Below are positions 10,842 to 21,039 of a stretch of 64,000 nucleotides of DNA, piece after piece. This stretch comes from Actinomycetota bacterium (GTDB lineage: Bacteria; Actinomycetota; UBA4738). The notes below the pieces were generated by a model that had not been told where the DNA came from, did no database searches, and worked only from the letters and a program-made list of their open reading frames with translations. The translations under genes were made by a program, and so were the position numbers. Each line of letters opens with the position of its first letter. Position 1 is the stretch's first letter. The stretch lies in the NCBI GenBank assembly GCA_046726275.1, contig JBKPAF010000081.1, positions 857 to 64,856 on the forward strand, written 5' to 3'.

Positions 10842-11330
10842 TCAGGCCTTCCAACGTTCCAGGACCTGAGCAAGGCCATCGATCCGCTCGGCCCACGACG
10901 GCCCGTACCAGGTGAGCTCGAGCCGTCGCCCATCCCCCTCGGCCGGCAAGGTCAGCTCGACCTGCAGATGGTCCGCAGGGAGCAACGGGTCGATGGCGTC
11001 GCCCCACTCGATGAAGATCACGGCTCCCTCGTCCAGGATCTCGTCCAGCCCGATGTCGAGGGCGTCCTGCATTCGTTCAAGTCTGTACACGTCGAGATGG
11101 TAGACCGGGAGCGTTCCCCTGTACCGACGGACCAGAGTGAAGGTCGGTGACAGGACGGGCTCCGTCACCTTCAGCCCATCGGCGGCGCCCTGGACGAACG
11201 TGGTCTTCCCGGCCCCGAGGTCTCCGGTGAGGGAGACTGCGTCCCGAGGCTTGAGGAAGGTCGCCAGGGTCCGTCCGATCGCCCGGGTCTCCTCGGGGGA
11301 AGTGGTGACGAGCGCCAGGCCGGTCCGCAT
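10842..11330 (-). CDS. tsaE: tRNA threonylcarbamoyladenosine biosynthesis ATPase TsaE
   Basis: Walker A motif in LTGDLGAGKTTFVQG. The start is trimmed to the ATG at 11330 (MRTGLALVTTSPEETRAIG), just after the udg stop. Confidence 0.88.
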   Translation of the reverse strand: MRTGLALVTTSPEETRAIGRTLATFLKPRDAVSLTGDLGAGKTTFVQGAADGLKVTEPVLSPTFTLVRRYRGTLPVYHLDVYRLERMQDALDIGLDEILDEGAVIFIEWGDAIDPLLPADHLQVELTLPAEGDGRRLELTWYGPSWAERIDGLAQVLERWKA

Positions 11331-11334
11331 CTCC

Positions 11335-11943
11335 TCAGAACAGGCCCAGTTGCTCCTCGCCCCCAACCGGCTCTGGGACGGGCTCGTCGAGCACCTCGCG
11401 GATGAGGCGGAAATCGGCTCGGAGCGCGGTCATCTGCGTCCCGGCCTCGCCCCCGCCGTGCAGCACGGCCGCCGGGTGGAAGGTCGGGATCACCGTCCGC
11501 CCGTCGATGGTGAATCGCTGGCCCCGAACCCTGCTGATCGAGACCTGACGGTCGAGGATGAAGCGCGTAGCGAAGTTACCCAGCGTCACGATGACCCTCG
11601 GCTGGATGTTCTCCAGCTGGCCCTCGAGGTAGGGCCGGCAGGACTCGATCTCATCGGGCAGGGGATCCCGGTTCCCCGGAGGGCGGCACTTCACCACGTT
11701 GCAGATGTACACGTCCTCGCGACGCAGGCCGATCTCCCCGAGGAGCTTAGTCAGCAGCTGGCCGGCGGCGCCGACGAACGGCTCCCCCTGCTTGTCCTCG
11801 TAATAACCTGGCCCCTCGCCGATGAACATCAGCCCGGCGTGCGGATTCCCAACGCCGAACACAACCTGGGTCCGTCCCTTGGCCAGCCGGCATCGGGTGC
11901 ACGTCGATGCTTCCCGTCCCAGCTCCTGGAGAGTCATGCTCAT
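11335..11943 (-). CDS. Uracil-DNA glycosylase, family 4
   Basis: CTRCRLAKGRTQVVFGVGNPHAGLMFIGEGPGYYEDKQGEPFVGAAGQLL. Its start overlaps the upstream stop codon (ATGA). Confidence 0.88.
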   Translation of the reverse strand: MSMTLQELGREASTCTRCRLAKGRTQVVFGVGNPHAGLMFIGEGPGYYEDKQGEPFVGAAGQLLTKLLGEIGLRREDVYICNVVKCRPPGNRDPLPDEIESCRPYLEGQLENIQPRVIVTLGNFATRFILDRQVSISRVRGQRFTIDGRTVIPTFHPAAVLHGGGEAGTQMTALRADFRLIREVLDEPVPEPVGGEEQLGLF

Positions 11944-12875
11944 GGCTGCATCCCTTCGCCTACCGAGGGGAAGTTCCGAACGCTCTCCGCGAGGAGGACG
12001 CCACGCCGGATTGCCTCCGTCACCGCCGACGTGGCCAGCTCCTCCAGGGCCCGCTGATCCGCCTCCACCTCACCCGTGGCGAGCGTGAAGACCGCGTCCC
12101 CATCCCACATTGTATGCGCCGGTTGGATGGCTCCCGAGATGCCGTCGTGTGCCGCCCTGGCCAGGAGGTTGGCGCGCTCCTTGGAAAGCTTCGCGTTGGT
12201 CGCCACGACGACCAGGGTCGTGTTCGTCGGCCCAGGGTTGCTCGCCTGGTCCGGGGCCTCCGGCGAACCGACCTCGGCCACTTCGCCGCCACGTGCACCT
12301 GCCAACACCGACCCATCCTCAGCCACGATCTCACCAAAGGCATTTACCGCGGCCAGGGCGCCCACGATGAGCTCCCCATCCTCGCCTGTGGCCGTTCCCA
12401 TGCCGCCTTTCAGGGCTCGTTCGACGCCGTGGAGCTTGGCCACGGTCGCTCCCGTGCCGGCGCCCACGTTTCCTTCGGCGACCTCCCCGCCCGCTTCCGC
12501 GCAGGCCCGGTAGCCTTCGCTCGCCCCCGGGCGCGCCGCGGGATCGCCGACGCCCAGGTCGAACAGTACGGCCGCCGGGACGATCGGCACGCGGGCCACC
12601 CTCGTGTCGAATCCGATGGCCCGCTCCTCCAGGAAGCGCATGACGCCGTCCGCGGCGGCAAGCCCGAAGGCGCTCCCGCCGGTGAGGAGGACCGCGTGGA
12701 CCTCATCGACCAGCGTGCCCGGCCGCAGGAGGTCCGTCTCCCTGGTTCCGGGCGCCCCGCCCCGGATCTCCCCCGACCCGACGGTCTCGCCAGGGCAGAG
12801 GACGACGGTGCAACCGGTGAGGCCGACGGGGTCGGTCCAGTGGCCCACGCGGATCCCCGGGACCCGCGTGATCAC
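11940..12875 (-). CDS. P1/S58 family peptidase (DmpA-type aminopeptidase)
   Basis: VPGIRVGHWTD...GCTVVL...GGAPGTRETDLL...LLTGGSAFGL...GNVGAGTGATV. There is no ATG near the domain start. I place the start at GTG 12875, which overlaps the upstream stop (GTGA). The track ORF extends to 13223 through the upstream gene. Confidence 0.8.
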   Translation of the reverse strand: MITRVPGIRVGHWTDPVGLTGCTVVLCPGETVGSGEIRGGAPGTRETDLLRPGTLVDEVHAVLLTGGSAFGLAAADGVMRFLEERAIGFDTRVARVPIVPAAVLFDLGVGDPAARPGASEGYRACAEAGGEVAEGNVGAGTGATVAKLHGVERALKGGMGTATGEDGELIVGALAAVNAFGEIVAEDGSVLAGARGGEVAEVGSPEAPDQASNPGPTNTTLVVVATNAKLSKERANLLARAAHDGISGAIQPAHTMWDGDAVFTLATGEVEADQRALEELATSAVTEAIRRGVLLAESVRNFPSVGEGMQP

Positions 12876-14032
12876 CGTCTCTCGACCTTTTCCCGGGACG
12901 ATCCCTTTGAGCGGGTTCCCTTCGGTCGCCGGGAACGGGGTCTGGGACCCTCGGTCTGGCCGGCGGCGCGACGTTCTACGGCCTCGGCCAGGAATCCCTC
13001 GACGAGCTGGTTGAACTCGGCGTGGCGCTCCAGCATGGTGCAGTGGCCCGAACCCCTGAACACCACCATCCGGCCGTTCGGCAGCATGCGCTTGATCGCC
13101 AGCGCGGAGGAGGGAGGGGTCAGACGGTCGACGTCCCCCACGATGACAAGTGTGGGCACCGTGATATGGGCCAGGGCGTGGTTCAGATCCATCTCGACGA
13201 GGCTTCCCAGGAGGTCGCTCCACACCTCGACCGGGGCCCGCGCCGCCACCTTGGCCACGTAGTCGACCAATGACGGCGGCGCCTTGGCGCCGAAGTTCGT
13301 CATCCTTGCCGCGATGAAGGCCAGGTCGCCCCGCCCCGAGAGGGCCCGCGCCCTGATGCGGTACACCCTCCGGGGATCGCGGGCCACCCGAAGGAAGGCG
13401 GAGGTGACCACCTTGCCCAGCTGCGCCCCCAGTCCTGCCGCCGCGGCCTTGACCAGCTCGGCGGCCGCGGTGTTGGCGAGCACGACAGCGCAGACCCTGG
13501 TTCCGAATTCCTGGGTGAAGAGCTCCGCGAAGGACATGATGACCATGCCACCCATGCTGTGTCCCACCAGGGCGACCGGACCACGGGGAGCGAGCTCATC
13601 CAGGACCACCTTGAGGTCCTTCGCCATCGCTTCGAGGGAGTAGTCTCCCGCGGTCGCGGGGCCGCTTCGCCCGTGTCCACGTTGATCGACCAGGACGCAC
13701 CGGTACTCCTCGCTGAAGTGCCTCCATTGGTAGTGCCAAAGCGTGAGGTCAGCGCTGAACCCGTGGAGCATCACGATCGTTGGAGCCGTTTCCGGCCCGA
13801 CGATGTTGACGGCGAGCTCGGAGCCGTCGAACGATCGGATCCGATGCTCGGTTCCTGGGCGCTCTTCCAGCGGTTCGCCACGCTCCGGGTCGGGGCGAGA
13901 CCGTGCGCGGCGGACCAGGTAACGCTCGCCGGCCACACCCAGAGCCGCCGCCGTGGCCGTGGCTCCCGCCACGACGAGCGCCTTCTTCGCCACACGCCGG
14001 GCCACACGCACGCGGGGCGTCCCCTCGCTCAC
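12872..14032 (-). CDS. Alpha/beta hydrolase with N-terminal membrane anchor
   Basis: Motifs MLHGFSAD and the nucleophile elbow VGHSMGGMV. Hydrophobic N-terminal segment ALVVAGATATAAALGVAG. The GTG start overlaps the alr stop (GTGA). Confidence 0.85.
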   Translation of the reverse strand: MSEGTPRVRVARRVAKKALVVAGATATAAALGVAGERYLVRRARSRPDPERGEPLEERPGTEHRIRSFDGSELAVNIVGPETAPTIVMLHGFSADLTLWHYQWRHFSEEYRCVLVDQRGHGRSGPATAGDYSLEAMAKDLKVVLDELAPRGPVALVGHSMGGMVIMSFAELFTQEFGTRVCAVVLANTAAAELVKAAAAGLGAQLGKVVTSAFLRVARDPRRVYRIRARALSGRGDLAFIAARMTNFGAKAPPSLVDYVAKVAARAPVEVWSDLLGSLVEMDLNHALAHITVPTLVIVGDVDRLTPPSSALAIKRMLPNGRMVVFRGSGHCTMLERHAEFNQLVEGFLAEAVERRAAGQTEGPRPRSRRPKGTRSKGSSREKVERR

Positions 14033-15138
14033 CCGACGTACTCCCTCGGAACCCGCTCGCTCACGCTACACACCACCTCGTATCCGATCGTTCCGATCCA
14101 ATCGGCCACCTGATCGGCGGTGATTCGCTCGTCTCCCTGCTCACCGATAAGCACAACCTCGTCACCGACCTCCACGTGGTCGTCTCCGCAATCGACCATG
14201 AGCTGGTCCATGGTGATGGTCCCGGCCACCGGATACGTTCGGCCCCAGATGAGGACCTCCGCCTTGCCGCTGAGCATCCTGCTGTATCCGTCCGCGTACC
14301 CCACGGGGACCGTGACGATGGTGGACGGCCGGGCGAGCGTGTAGCGCTGACCATAGGATATGGCCTCCCCCGCCGGGACCCGCTTCACCATGGTCACCGC
14401 GCTCTTCAGCGACATCGCTGGTCGCAGCTTCCAGCCCGCTTCCTCGGCGAGGTTCGGCCCCGGGCTCAGCCCATACATGGCGATCCCCACCCTAACGATG
14501 TCGAGGTGGGACTCCGGGAAACGGATGGTCGCGGCGCTGTTCGCAGCGTGACGGTACCGGGGAACGACGCCTGCCTCGCGCAGCGTCGCCGTCACCCCGT
14601 TAAACCGGTCGAGTTGCCACCGCGTGAACGGGTCGTCAGTCTCCTCCGACTTGGCGAAGTGCGTCCACAACCCTTCGAGCTCAAGGACCTCTTCCAAGAG
14701 GGCCGAGACGAAGGGAACGATCCGGTACGAATCGAGGCCCACGCGGTGCATGCCCGTGTCCACCTTCACGTGGACTCCCACCGGTCTGCCCAGTGATCGC
14801 GCTGCCTCTGCCAAGCGCTCCAGGCCCTCGCCTGTGTACACCGTGGGGATGAGCCCCGCAGCGAGGGCCTCCTTCTCCGACCCGAGGGGGAACTCGGAGA
14901 GCACCAGGATCCGGCCGGTGATGCCGGCGTCCCGCAGCTCGACACCTTCTTCGACCAGGGCAACGCCCAGCCACCCCGCGCCCGCCGCCTGGGCGGCCCG
15001 CGCGACCTGCACCGCTCCGTGCCCGTACCCGTTGGCCTTCACCACGGCCATGAGCTCGGCGGTCTTCGGCTTGAGGGTTCGAACGTTGTGGCGGATCGCG
15101 TCCAGATCAACCACCGCGACGGTCGGGCGGTGGCGCAT
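14029..15138 (-). CDS. alr: Alanine racemase
   Basis: AVVKANGYGHG PLP motif. The start is trimmed to the ATG at 15138 (MRHRPTVAVVDLDAIRHN), which shares 1 nt with the nnr stop (TGATG). The track ORF extends to 15438. Confidence 0.92.
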   Translation of the reverse strand: MRHRPTVAVVDLDAIRHNVRTLKPKTAELMAVVKANGYGHGAVQVARAAQAAGAGWLGVALVEEGVELRDAGITGRILVLSEFPLGSEKEALAAGLIPTVYTGEGLERLAEAARSLGRPVGVHVKVDTGMHRVGLDSYRIVPFVSALLEEVLELEGLWTHFAKSEETDDPFTRWQLDRFNGVTATLREAGVVPRYRHAANSAATIRFPESHLDIVRVGIAMYGLSPGPNLAEEAGWKLRPAMSLKSAVTMVKRVPAGEAISYGQRYTLARPSTIVTVPVGYADGYSRMLSGKAEVLIWGRTYPVAGTITMDQLMVDCGDDHVEVGDEVVLIGEQGDERITADQVADWIGTIGYEVVCSVSERVPREYVG

Positions 15139-16673
15139 CACGGCTCCCTGGTGATCAAGCCGAGGAAAGCAGCAGGGATCCTCGCGGACACGTCGGACGC
15201 GACCGTGCCTTCTCCGAGCTCCGACGCGGCCATCCGGCCCGCGATCCCGTGGGCGTATGCACCGAGGACCGCGGCGTCGGCCGGCCGCAACCCGCGCGCC
15301 AGGAGGGCCCCGATCGCGCCGGTCAGGACGTCCCCCGTCCCGCCGGTGGCGAGGTACGGTCCCCCGGTCGAGTTGACGTACACGATCCCGTCCGGGCGAG
15401 CGATCACGGTTCGAGATCCCTTCAGGAGGACCGGACACCGGAACTCCGCCGCGGCCTTCCGGGCGTGGCCGACTCGATCCTCCAGCACCTCCGACGACGA
15501 GAGTCCAGCGAGGCGGCCGAACTCACCGGGGTGGGGCGTGAGCAAAGCCTCGGACCTCCGCTCGGCCAGCTCCGATGCCCTGCCGGCGAAGGCGGTGAGG
15601 CCATCGGCATCCAGGACGAGCGGCACGGGCGAGTCGGCGACGAGCCGCCGCACGAGCTCGACCGTGGATGGATCGGTGGAGAGGCCGGGCCCGACCGCTA
15701 CGGCGTCGATCCCCTCCAACCGCTCCAGGATGACCGACCAGGCCCCAGCCGAGACCGATCCGCGATCCGTCTCGGGAAGGGGCAGAAACGTGGTCTCGGT
15801 GATCGCGCTCTCGACCACCGGGAGGATTCCTTCGGGGACGGCCAGAATGACGAGCCCCGCGCCCGCGCGGTACGCCGACGACGCGGTGAGGACGGCCGCT
15901 CCAGTCATGGTCCGGGACCCCGCCAGGACCAGGACCACGCCGGAGGCACGCTTGTGGGACTCCGGCGCGCGGGCGGGCAGCAGGGCTGCAGCATCGTCCC
16001 GCTCGACCAGCCACAGATCGCTCCGGACCAGATCGGGAGGGAAGCCAATGTCCGCGACCTCAATCTCGCCGGCATGCTCCGCGCCCGGTGAGAACACGAT
16101 GCCGGGTTTGAGCGAGCCGAAGGTCACGGTGAAGGTCGCCCCGACGGCGTTGCCGCGGACAGAACCCGACTCTCCCTCCACCCCCGACGGGATGTCCACC
16201 GCCACGACCTCCGCTCGGGAAGCGTTGATGAGCTCGATCGCGGACGCGAAGTCGCCCTCCGGCGCCCCCCGGAAGCCGGTACCGAAGATCCCGTCGATGA
16301 CTACATCCGCTCGGTGCAGCTCTCTCGAGAGCGTCGCTGGAGAGAACCTTCGCCACCGTCCGCCCGCATCCGCGTACCGATGGAAGTTCGCCGCGGCAGC
16401 ATCGCGAAAGCCCCCTTGAGCAGCCATGAGGATCGCGGTGACACCCATCCCCCATCGCTCGATGTGGCGCGCCGCGACCAGAGCGTCGCCGCCATTGTTT
16501 CCCTTTCCGCAGACCACGACGGCCCGCCGGCCATACGCCCCGCCCGCGACGGCCGCAGCGACCCGAGCCACGGACCACCCCGCCGCCTCCATCAGCGACG
16601 AGACGGAGACACCTCGTTCGGAGCTCGCTCGGTCAAGAGCCGAGCTCTCCGCCGGCGTCAGGATCGGCAGCAC
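15138..16673 (-). CDS. nnr: Bifunctional NAD(P)H-hydrate repair enzyme (epimerase and ADP-dependent dehydratase, YjeF family)
   Basis: 511 aa. The N-terminal YjeF_N half has VVCGKGNNGGDALVAARHL-like motifs. The C-terminal carbohydrate-kinase half has GGTGDVLTGAIGALLA. Confidence 0.9.
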   Translation of the reverse strand: MLPILTPAESSALDRASSERGVSVSSLMEAAGWSVARVAAAVAGGAYGRRAVVVCGKGNNGGDALVAARHIERWGMGVTAILMAAQGGFRDAAAANFHRYADAGGRWRRFSPATLSRELHRADVVIDGIFGTGFRGAPEGDFASAIELINASRAEVVAVDIPSGVEGESGSVRGNAVGATFTVTFGSLKPGIVFSPGAEHAGEIEVADIGFPPDLVRSDLWLVERDDAAALLPARAPESHKRASGVVLVLAGSRTMTGAAVLTASSAYRAGAGLVILAVPEGILPVVESAITETTFLPLPETDRGSVSAGAWSVILERLEGIDAVAVGPGLSTDPSTVELVRRLVADSPVPLVLDADGLTAFAGRASELAERRSEALLTPHPGEFGRLAGLSSSEVLEDRVGHARKAAAEFRCPVLLKGSRTVIARPDGIVYVNSTGGPYLATGGTGDVLTGAIGALLARGLRPADAAVLGAYAHGIAGRMAASELGEGTVASDVSARIPAAFLGLITREP

Positions 16674-16686
16674 CGGTCAACCCTCC

Positions 16687-17061
16687 TCACGAGCCGACGG
16701 CCACACAGAACGCCGCAGCCATCCGGCGTTCATGGGTGAGCGCCACCATGACCTCCGTCACGCCCAGCGAGTCCATCCTGGACTTCGAAGTTCCTTCCAA
16801 CAGGAGGCGAGGGGCCCCTGAGGGAGCCCGGTCGACCTGGACGTCGTGCCAACGCATCCGATGGATGCCTCCGAGCGCCTTGCGGCAGGCCTCCCGGGCA
16901 GCCCACCGCGCGGCGTAGCACTCGGCCGGCGACGCCTGTCGCTCGCAGTAGGCGATCTCGGCGGGGGTGAAGACCCGTGGGATGAACGTGTCATGCCGAT
17001 CCGCCAGATGCTTGACCCGTTCGACGTCGACCAGGTCCACGCCGATGCCGACGATGTTCAC
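16687..17061 (-). CDS. acpS: Holo-[acyl-carrier-protein] synthase
   Basis: MNIVGIGVDLVDVERV...FTPAEIAYC...AARWAAREACRKAL. Confidence 0.9.
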   Translation of the reverse strand: MNIVGIGVDLVDVERVKHLADRHDTFIPRVFTPAEIAYCERQASPAECYAARWAAREACRKALGGIHRMRWHDVQVDRAPSGAPRLLLEGTSKSRMDSLGVTEVMVALTHERRMAAAFCVAVGS

Positions 17062-17097
17062 GGGGCTATTCTCTACCCCCTCCCAGGCGGGAACGGA

Positions 17098-18924
17098 TTA
17101 CTCGACGGTGACGCTCTTGGCCAGATTTCGGGGCTGGTCGACGTCACAGCCTCGGAGCTTCGCGATGTGGTAGGCCAGGAGCTGCAGGGGAGCCGTCACC
17201 ACGATGGGGGCCAGCAGCTCGTGCGTGCGCGAAACGAGCAGCACGTGGTCGGCGAGCTTCTCGATCTCCCGGTCCCCCTCGGTGGCGATGGCGATCACCT
17301 CCGCCCCGCGGGCCTTGACCTCCTGGATGTTCGACAAGACCTTGGGGTAGACGTGGCACTCCGTAGCGATGGCGACGACCGGAACCCCGGCCTCAACCAG
17401 GGCGATGGGGCCGTGCTTGAGCTCGCCCGCTGGGTACCCCTCGGCGTGGATGTAGGAGATCTCCTTCAGCTTCAGCGCTCCTTCGAGCGCGGCCGGGTAG
17501 CCGGTGTGGCGGCCGATGAAGAGGACGTCTCGCACCTGGTGGTACCGGTCGGCGAGCTCCCGGATCCGGTCGTCGAGACCGAGGGCTCTCCGGACCTGCT
17601 CGGGGAGAGAAGCCATCTGCTCGACGTACCCGGAGATCTCGTTCGGATACATCGTCCCCCGGACCTGGGCCAGGTAGAGAGCCAGCAAGTGCAGCGCCAC
17701 CATCTGGGTGGCGAACGTCTTGGAGGCCGCCACCCCTCGCTCCGGCCCGGCCCGCGTATAGAGCACGGCGTCCGATTCCCGGGCGATGGATGACCCCACG
17801 GTGTTCGTGATGGCGATCACCGGAGATTGCTGATGCCGGGCGTGGCGGACCGCCTCCAGCGTGTCGATCGTCTCCCCCGATTGCGAGATGGCGAGCGTCA
17901 AGGTGTTCGCGTCCAACACAGGGTCCCGGTAGCGGAATTCGCTGGCGATGTCGATCTCGACCGGGAGCCGCGTCCAGTGCTCGATGGCGTACTTGGCGAC
18001 GAGCCCGGCGTGGAACGACGTCCCGCAGGCAACCACGAACACCTTGTCCACATCCTCGATCTGGTCCTCTCGCATGCGGAGGTCGTCGAGGGCGAGACGG
18101 CCCTTGGAGTCGAAGCGTCCGCGCAGCGTGTCGCGGATGGCCGAGGGCTGTTCGTGGATCTCCTTGAGCATGAAGTCGTCGTAACCGGCCTTCTGCGCGG
18201 CGGCCAGGTCCCATTCCACGTCCTCAGGCTTCAGGGGGACCTCCTGGCCTTGGAGATCCGTGATCCGCACGGAGTCCGCGCGGACCTCCACGATCTGGTT
18301 CTCGGCGATCGGGACGAACCGACGGGTTTTCTGCAGGACCGCGGGGACGTCGGAGGCGAGGAGGTTCTCGCCCTGCCCGAGACCCACGATCAGCGGTGAG
18401 GAGACCTTCACGCCGACGATGACGTCCTGCTCGTCCGCATGGGTGATCACGAGCGCGTAGGCCCCGGAGAGGTTGGCAGTTGTCTCCCTCACGGCGTCGG
18501 CCAGGTCTCCGTCGTAGGCGTCCTCGATGAGGTGGGCCACGACCTCGGTGTCGGTATCCGACGAGAACACGTGCCCACCCTTGGTCAGGCGGTCCTTGAG
18601 CTCCTGGAAGTTCTCGATGATCCCGTTGTGGATCACCGCCACCCGGCCGGTGCAATCGAGGTGGGGGTGCGCGTTGCGATCGGTGGGTGGGCCATGGGTC
18701 GCCCACCGGGTGTGCCCCATCCCCGTGCTTCCTCGAGGCGCCACTCCCTCACCGAGAGCGGCTTCCAGCTCGGCCAGCTTCCCTGCCCTCTTGACGACGC
18801 TCATCGCGCCGTCGAGCACCGCGATCCCCGCCGAGTCGTACCCGCGGTACTCCAGCCGCCGGAGGCCCTCCAGAAGGATCGGCAGCGCTTGATCCGGCCC
18901 CACATAGCCGACGATGCCGCACAT
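17098..18924 (-). CDS. glmS: Glutamine--fructose-6-phosphate aminotransferase
   Basis: MCGIVGYVG N-terminal nucleophile, two SIS domains, C-terminal ...PRNLAKSVTVE. Confidence 0.97.
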   Translation of the reverse strand: MCGIVGYVGPDQALPILLEGLRRLEYRGYDSAGIAVLDGAMSVVKRAGKLAELEAALGEGVAPRGSTGMGHTRWATHGPPTDRNAHPHLDCTGRVAVIHNGIIENFQELKDRLTKGGHVFSSDTDTEVVAHLIEDAYDGDLADAVRETTANLSGAYALVITHADEQDVIVGVKVSSPLIVGLGQGENLLASDVPAVLQKTRRFVPIAENQIVEVRADSVRITDLQGQEVPLKPEDVEWDLAAAQKAGYDDFMLKEIHEQPSAIRDTLRGRFDSKGRLALDDLRMREDQIEDVDKVFVVACGTSFHAGLVAKYAIEHWTRLPVEIDIASEFRYRDPVLDANTLTLAISQSGETIDTLEAVRHARHQQSPVIAITNTVGSSIARESDAVLYTRAGPERGVAASKTFATQMVALHLLALYLAQVRGTMYPNEISGYVEQMASLPEQVRRALGLDDRIRELADRYHQVRDVLFIGRHTGYPAALEGALKLKEISYIHAEGYPAGELKHGPIALVEAGVPVVAIATECHVYPKVLSNIQEVKARGAEVIAIATEGDREIEKLADHVLLVSRTHELLAPIVVTAPLQLLAYHIAKLRGCDVDQPRNLAKSVTVE

Positions 18925-19001
18925 GAGGCAGTTATGGTACCCGGCGGCCGGCCCGAGGCCTCCTCAGGTGAACCAGAAGGTCACAGGGCTGTCGGACACC
19001 C

Positions 19002-20357
19002 TCAGTGGCCGGGTGGAGCAGCACCCAGGCAGGACCGGACCGTCTCGGCGATGGCCTGGGCGTGTCGGGTCGCCTCCTCCTGGCTGGGTGCCTCGACCAT
19101 CACCCTGACCAGGGGCTCCGTTCCCGACGCCCGGACCAGGATCCTGCCCCGGTCCCCCAACGCCTCCTCGACCGTCCGCACGGCTTCCCACACCGCCTCG
19201 GTGTTCTCCAGCCGATCCTGGTCCTCCACCGGCACGTTCAGGAGGACCTGGGGGAACCGCTCCATGCAGGAGGCAAGCTCGGTCAGGGAGACTCCCATCC
19301 GGCGAGCCAGAGAGAGGAGCTCCACAGCGGTGAGCAGCCCGTCGCCGGTCGTGGCGTGCCGCAGGAAGATGATGTGCCCGGACTGCTCGCCTCCCAGGAC
19401 TCCACCGCTCTGCAGCAGGCCCTCCAGGACATACCGGTCCCCCACCTTCGTTTCCACCACCTTGATCCCAGCATCGTCCATGGCCCGCCGGAATCCGAGG
19501 TTTGCCATGACCGTGGTCACGACCACACCTCGCGTTAGCTCGCCGGCCTGGTGAAGGTCGAGCGCACAAGCGGCAAGGACCTGGTCCCCGTCGATCACCG
19601 CTCCCCCCGGGTCCGAGAACATGGCCCGGTCGGCATCGCCGTCGTGGGCGACGCCCGCGTCGGCGTCAGCCTCGACCACGACGAGCCCCACGACCTCGGG
19701 AGCCGTGGCCCCACAGCCGTCGTTGATGTTCCAGCCGTCCGGGGCGTCGTTGATCGGCAGGACCGTGGCTCCCAGTCGCCCGAGCAGCAGGGGGGCGATC
19801 CGGGAGGCCGCCCCGTTCGCGCAATCCACGACTACCCGCATCCCGTCGAGGGAGGCCGAGGCCAGCAGCTCCAGGTGCTTGAGATAGCGGTCCAGCGCGT
19901 CCTCCACCGAAACGATCCGCCCGACCCCCCGCCCGGTGGGACGGGGACCGGAATCCGAGTCGATCAGCGTCTCGATCTCCTCTTCTACATCGTCGGGGAG
20001 CTTGTAGCCGCTGGACCCGAAGAACTTCATCCCGTTGTATTCGGCGGGGTTGTGGGAGGCGGAGATCACCACGCCAGCCCGAGCGTCGAGGTCGGTCGTC
20101 AGGAATGCCACTCCCGGTGTCGTACACACCCCCAGGAGGATGGCGTCCCCCCCGGCCGAGCACACACCTGCCGCGAGCGCCGCTTCCAGGAACTCGCCCG
20201 AGGCCCTGGTGTCCCGCCCCACCACGATCCGAGGACGGGCCTGGCCGTGGTCGGCGAGTGCGATGACCGCAGATCGACCGAGGCGGTAGGCGAGATCGCC
20301 GGTCAGGTCGAGGTTGGCGATCCCACGGACGCCGTCGGTTCCGAACAGCCTCGGCAT
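19002..20357 (-). CDS. glmM: Phosphoglucosamine mutase
   Basis: MPRLFGTDGVRG...ISASHNPAEYNGMKFF...VAHDGDADR. Confidence 0.96.
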   Translation of the reverse strand: MPRLFGTDGVRGIANLDLTGDLAYRLGRSAVIALADHGQARPRIVVGRDTRASGEFLEAALAAGVCSAGGDAILLGVCTTPGVAFLTTDLDARAGVVISASHNPAEYNGMKFFGSSGYKLPDDVEEEIETLIDSDSGPRPTGRGVGRIVSVEDALDRYLKHLELLASASLDGMRVVVDCANGAASRIAPLLLGRLGATVLPINDAPDGWNINDGCGATAPEVVGLVVVEADADAGVAHDGDADRAMFSDPGGAVIDGDQVLAACALDLHQAGELTRGVVVTTVMANLGFRRAMDDAGIKVVETKVGDRYVLEGLLQSGGVLGGEQSGHIIFLRHATTGDGLLTAVELLSLARRMGVSLTELASCMERFPQVLLNVPVEDQDRLENTEAVWEAVRTVEEALGDRGRILVRASGTEPLVRVMVEAPSQEEATRHAQAIAETVRSCLGAAPPGH

Positions 20358-20381
20358 GGTCCGGTTATCTTACGGACAACC

Positions 20382-20678
20382 ATGTCTGACCCGGACGTCC
20401 CACCGCCTCTGGTGGTGGCCTTCAGCACCACGAGCATCCCGGAAGGGCTGCTGGTCAAGGGGCTGCTCGAGGCCGAGGGCATCCCCGTGACGGTGAAGGG
20501 CGAGAGCGAGGGTCCGTACCGGGTGGGCCCGGTGTACCTGTGGGTCCCTGAGGACCTGGAAGACCGGGCCCGCCAGATCATCGAGGAGGCCCAGTCGGCC
20601 GACCTTTCAGACGACGGAGACAGGATCGAGGGCGGGACTACCGCTTCGAGTACTGAGGAGCCTTCCGGGCCTTCTTGA
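20382..20678 (+). CDS. Small DUF2007-like protein (putative signal-transducing protein family)
   Basis: This is the 3' part of track ORF 19551-20678, taken from the ATG at 20382. [71 protein letters not shown] resembles DUF2007. It lies 24 nt from the divergent glmM start, and its 3' end overlaps the convergent rpsI by 41 nt. Confidence 0.5.
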   Translation: MSDPDVPPPLVVAFSTTSIPEGLLVKGLLEAEGIPVTVKGESEGPYRVGPVYLWVPEDLEDRARQIIEEAQSADLSDDGDRIEGGTTASSTEEPSGPS

Positions 20679-21039
20679 GGCCGTACTTCCGGCGCTCCTT
20701 CTCGCGGGCGTCCCTGGTGAGCAGACCCTCTTTCTTGAGCTCGGGCCGCAGGCTCGGGTCGAGGTCGATCAGGGCCCTGGCAATGCCCTGGCGGAGGGCC
20801 CCAGCCTGGCCGGACACCCCACCGCCGTCGAGGTGCGCGACGATGTCGAAGTCCTTCTCCCGGCCGACCACCCGGAGGGGCGCGGTCACGATCATGCGGT
20901 GGGCGCGGGAGGGGAAGTACGCCTCCAATGGGCGACCATTGAGCTCGAATCTGCCCGTCCCCTCCCGGAGGCGGACCCGGGCGACGGCCTCCTTGCGGCG
21001 GCCCGTCCCGGCGGGCACCTTCGTTGCTACGTCGGCCAC
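20638..21039 (-). CDS. rpsI: 30S ribosomal protein S9
   Basis: ...[20 protein letters not shown]...[11 protein letters not shown]. The GTG start follows the rplM stop directly. Confidence 0.97.
   Translation of the reverse strand: MADVATKVPAGTGRRKEAVARVRLREGTGRFELNGRPLEAYFPSRAHRMIVTAPLRVVGREKDFDIVAHLDGGGVSGQAGALRQGIARALIDLDPSLRPELKKEGLLTRDAREKERRKYGLKKARKAPQYSKR

Noticed and set aside
18925-19001. Possible glmS ribozyme upstream of glmS
   Set aside because: Only 77 nt separate glmM and glmS. That is too short for the roughly 170-nt ribozyme, and no conserved core sequence is recognisable.
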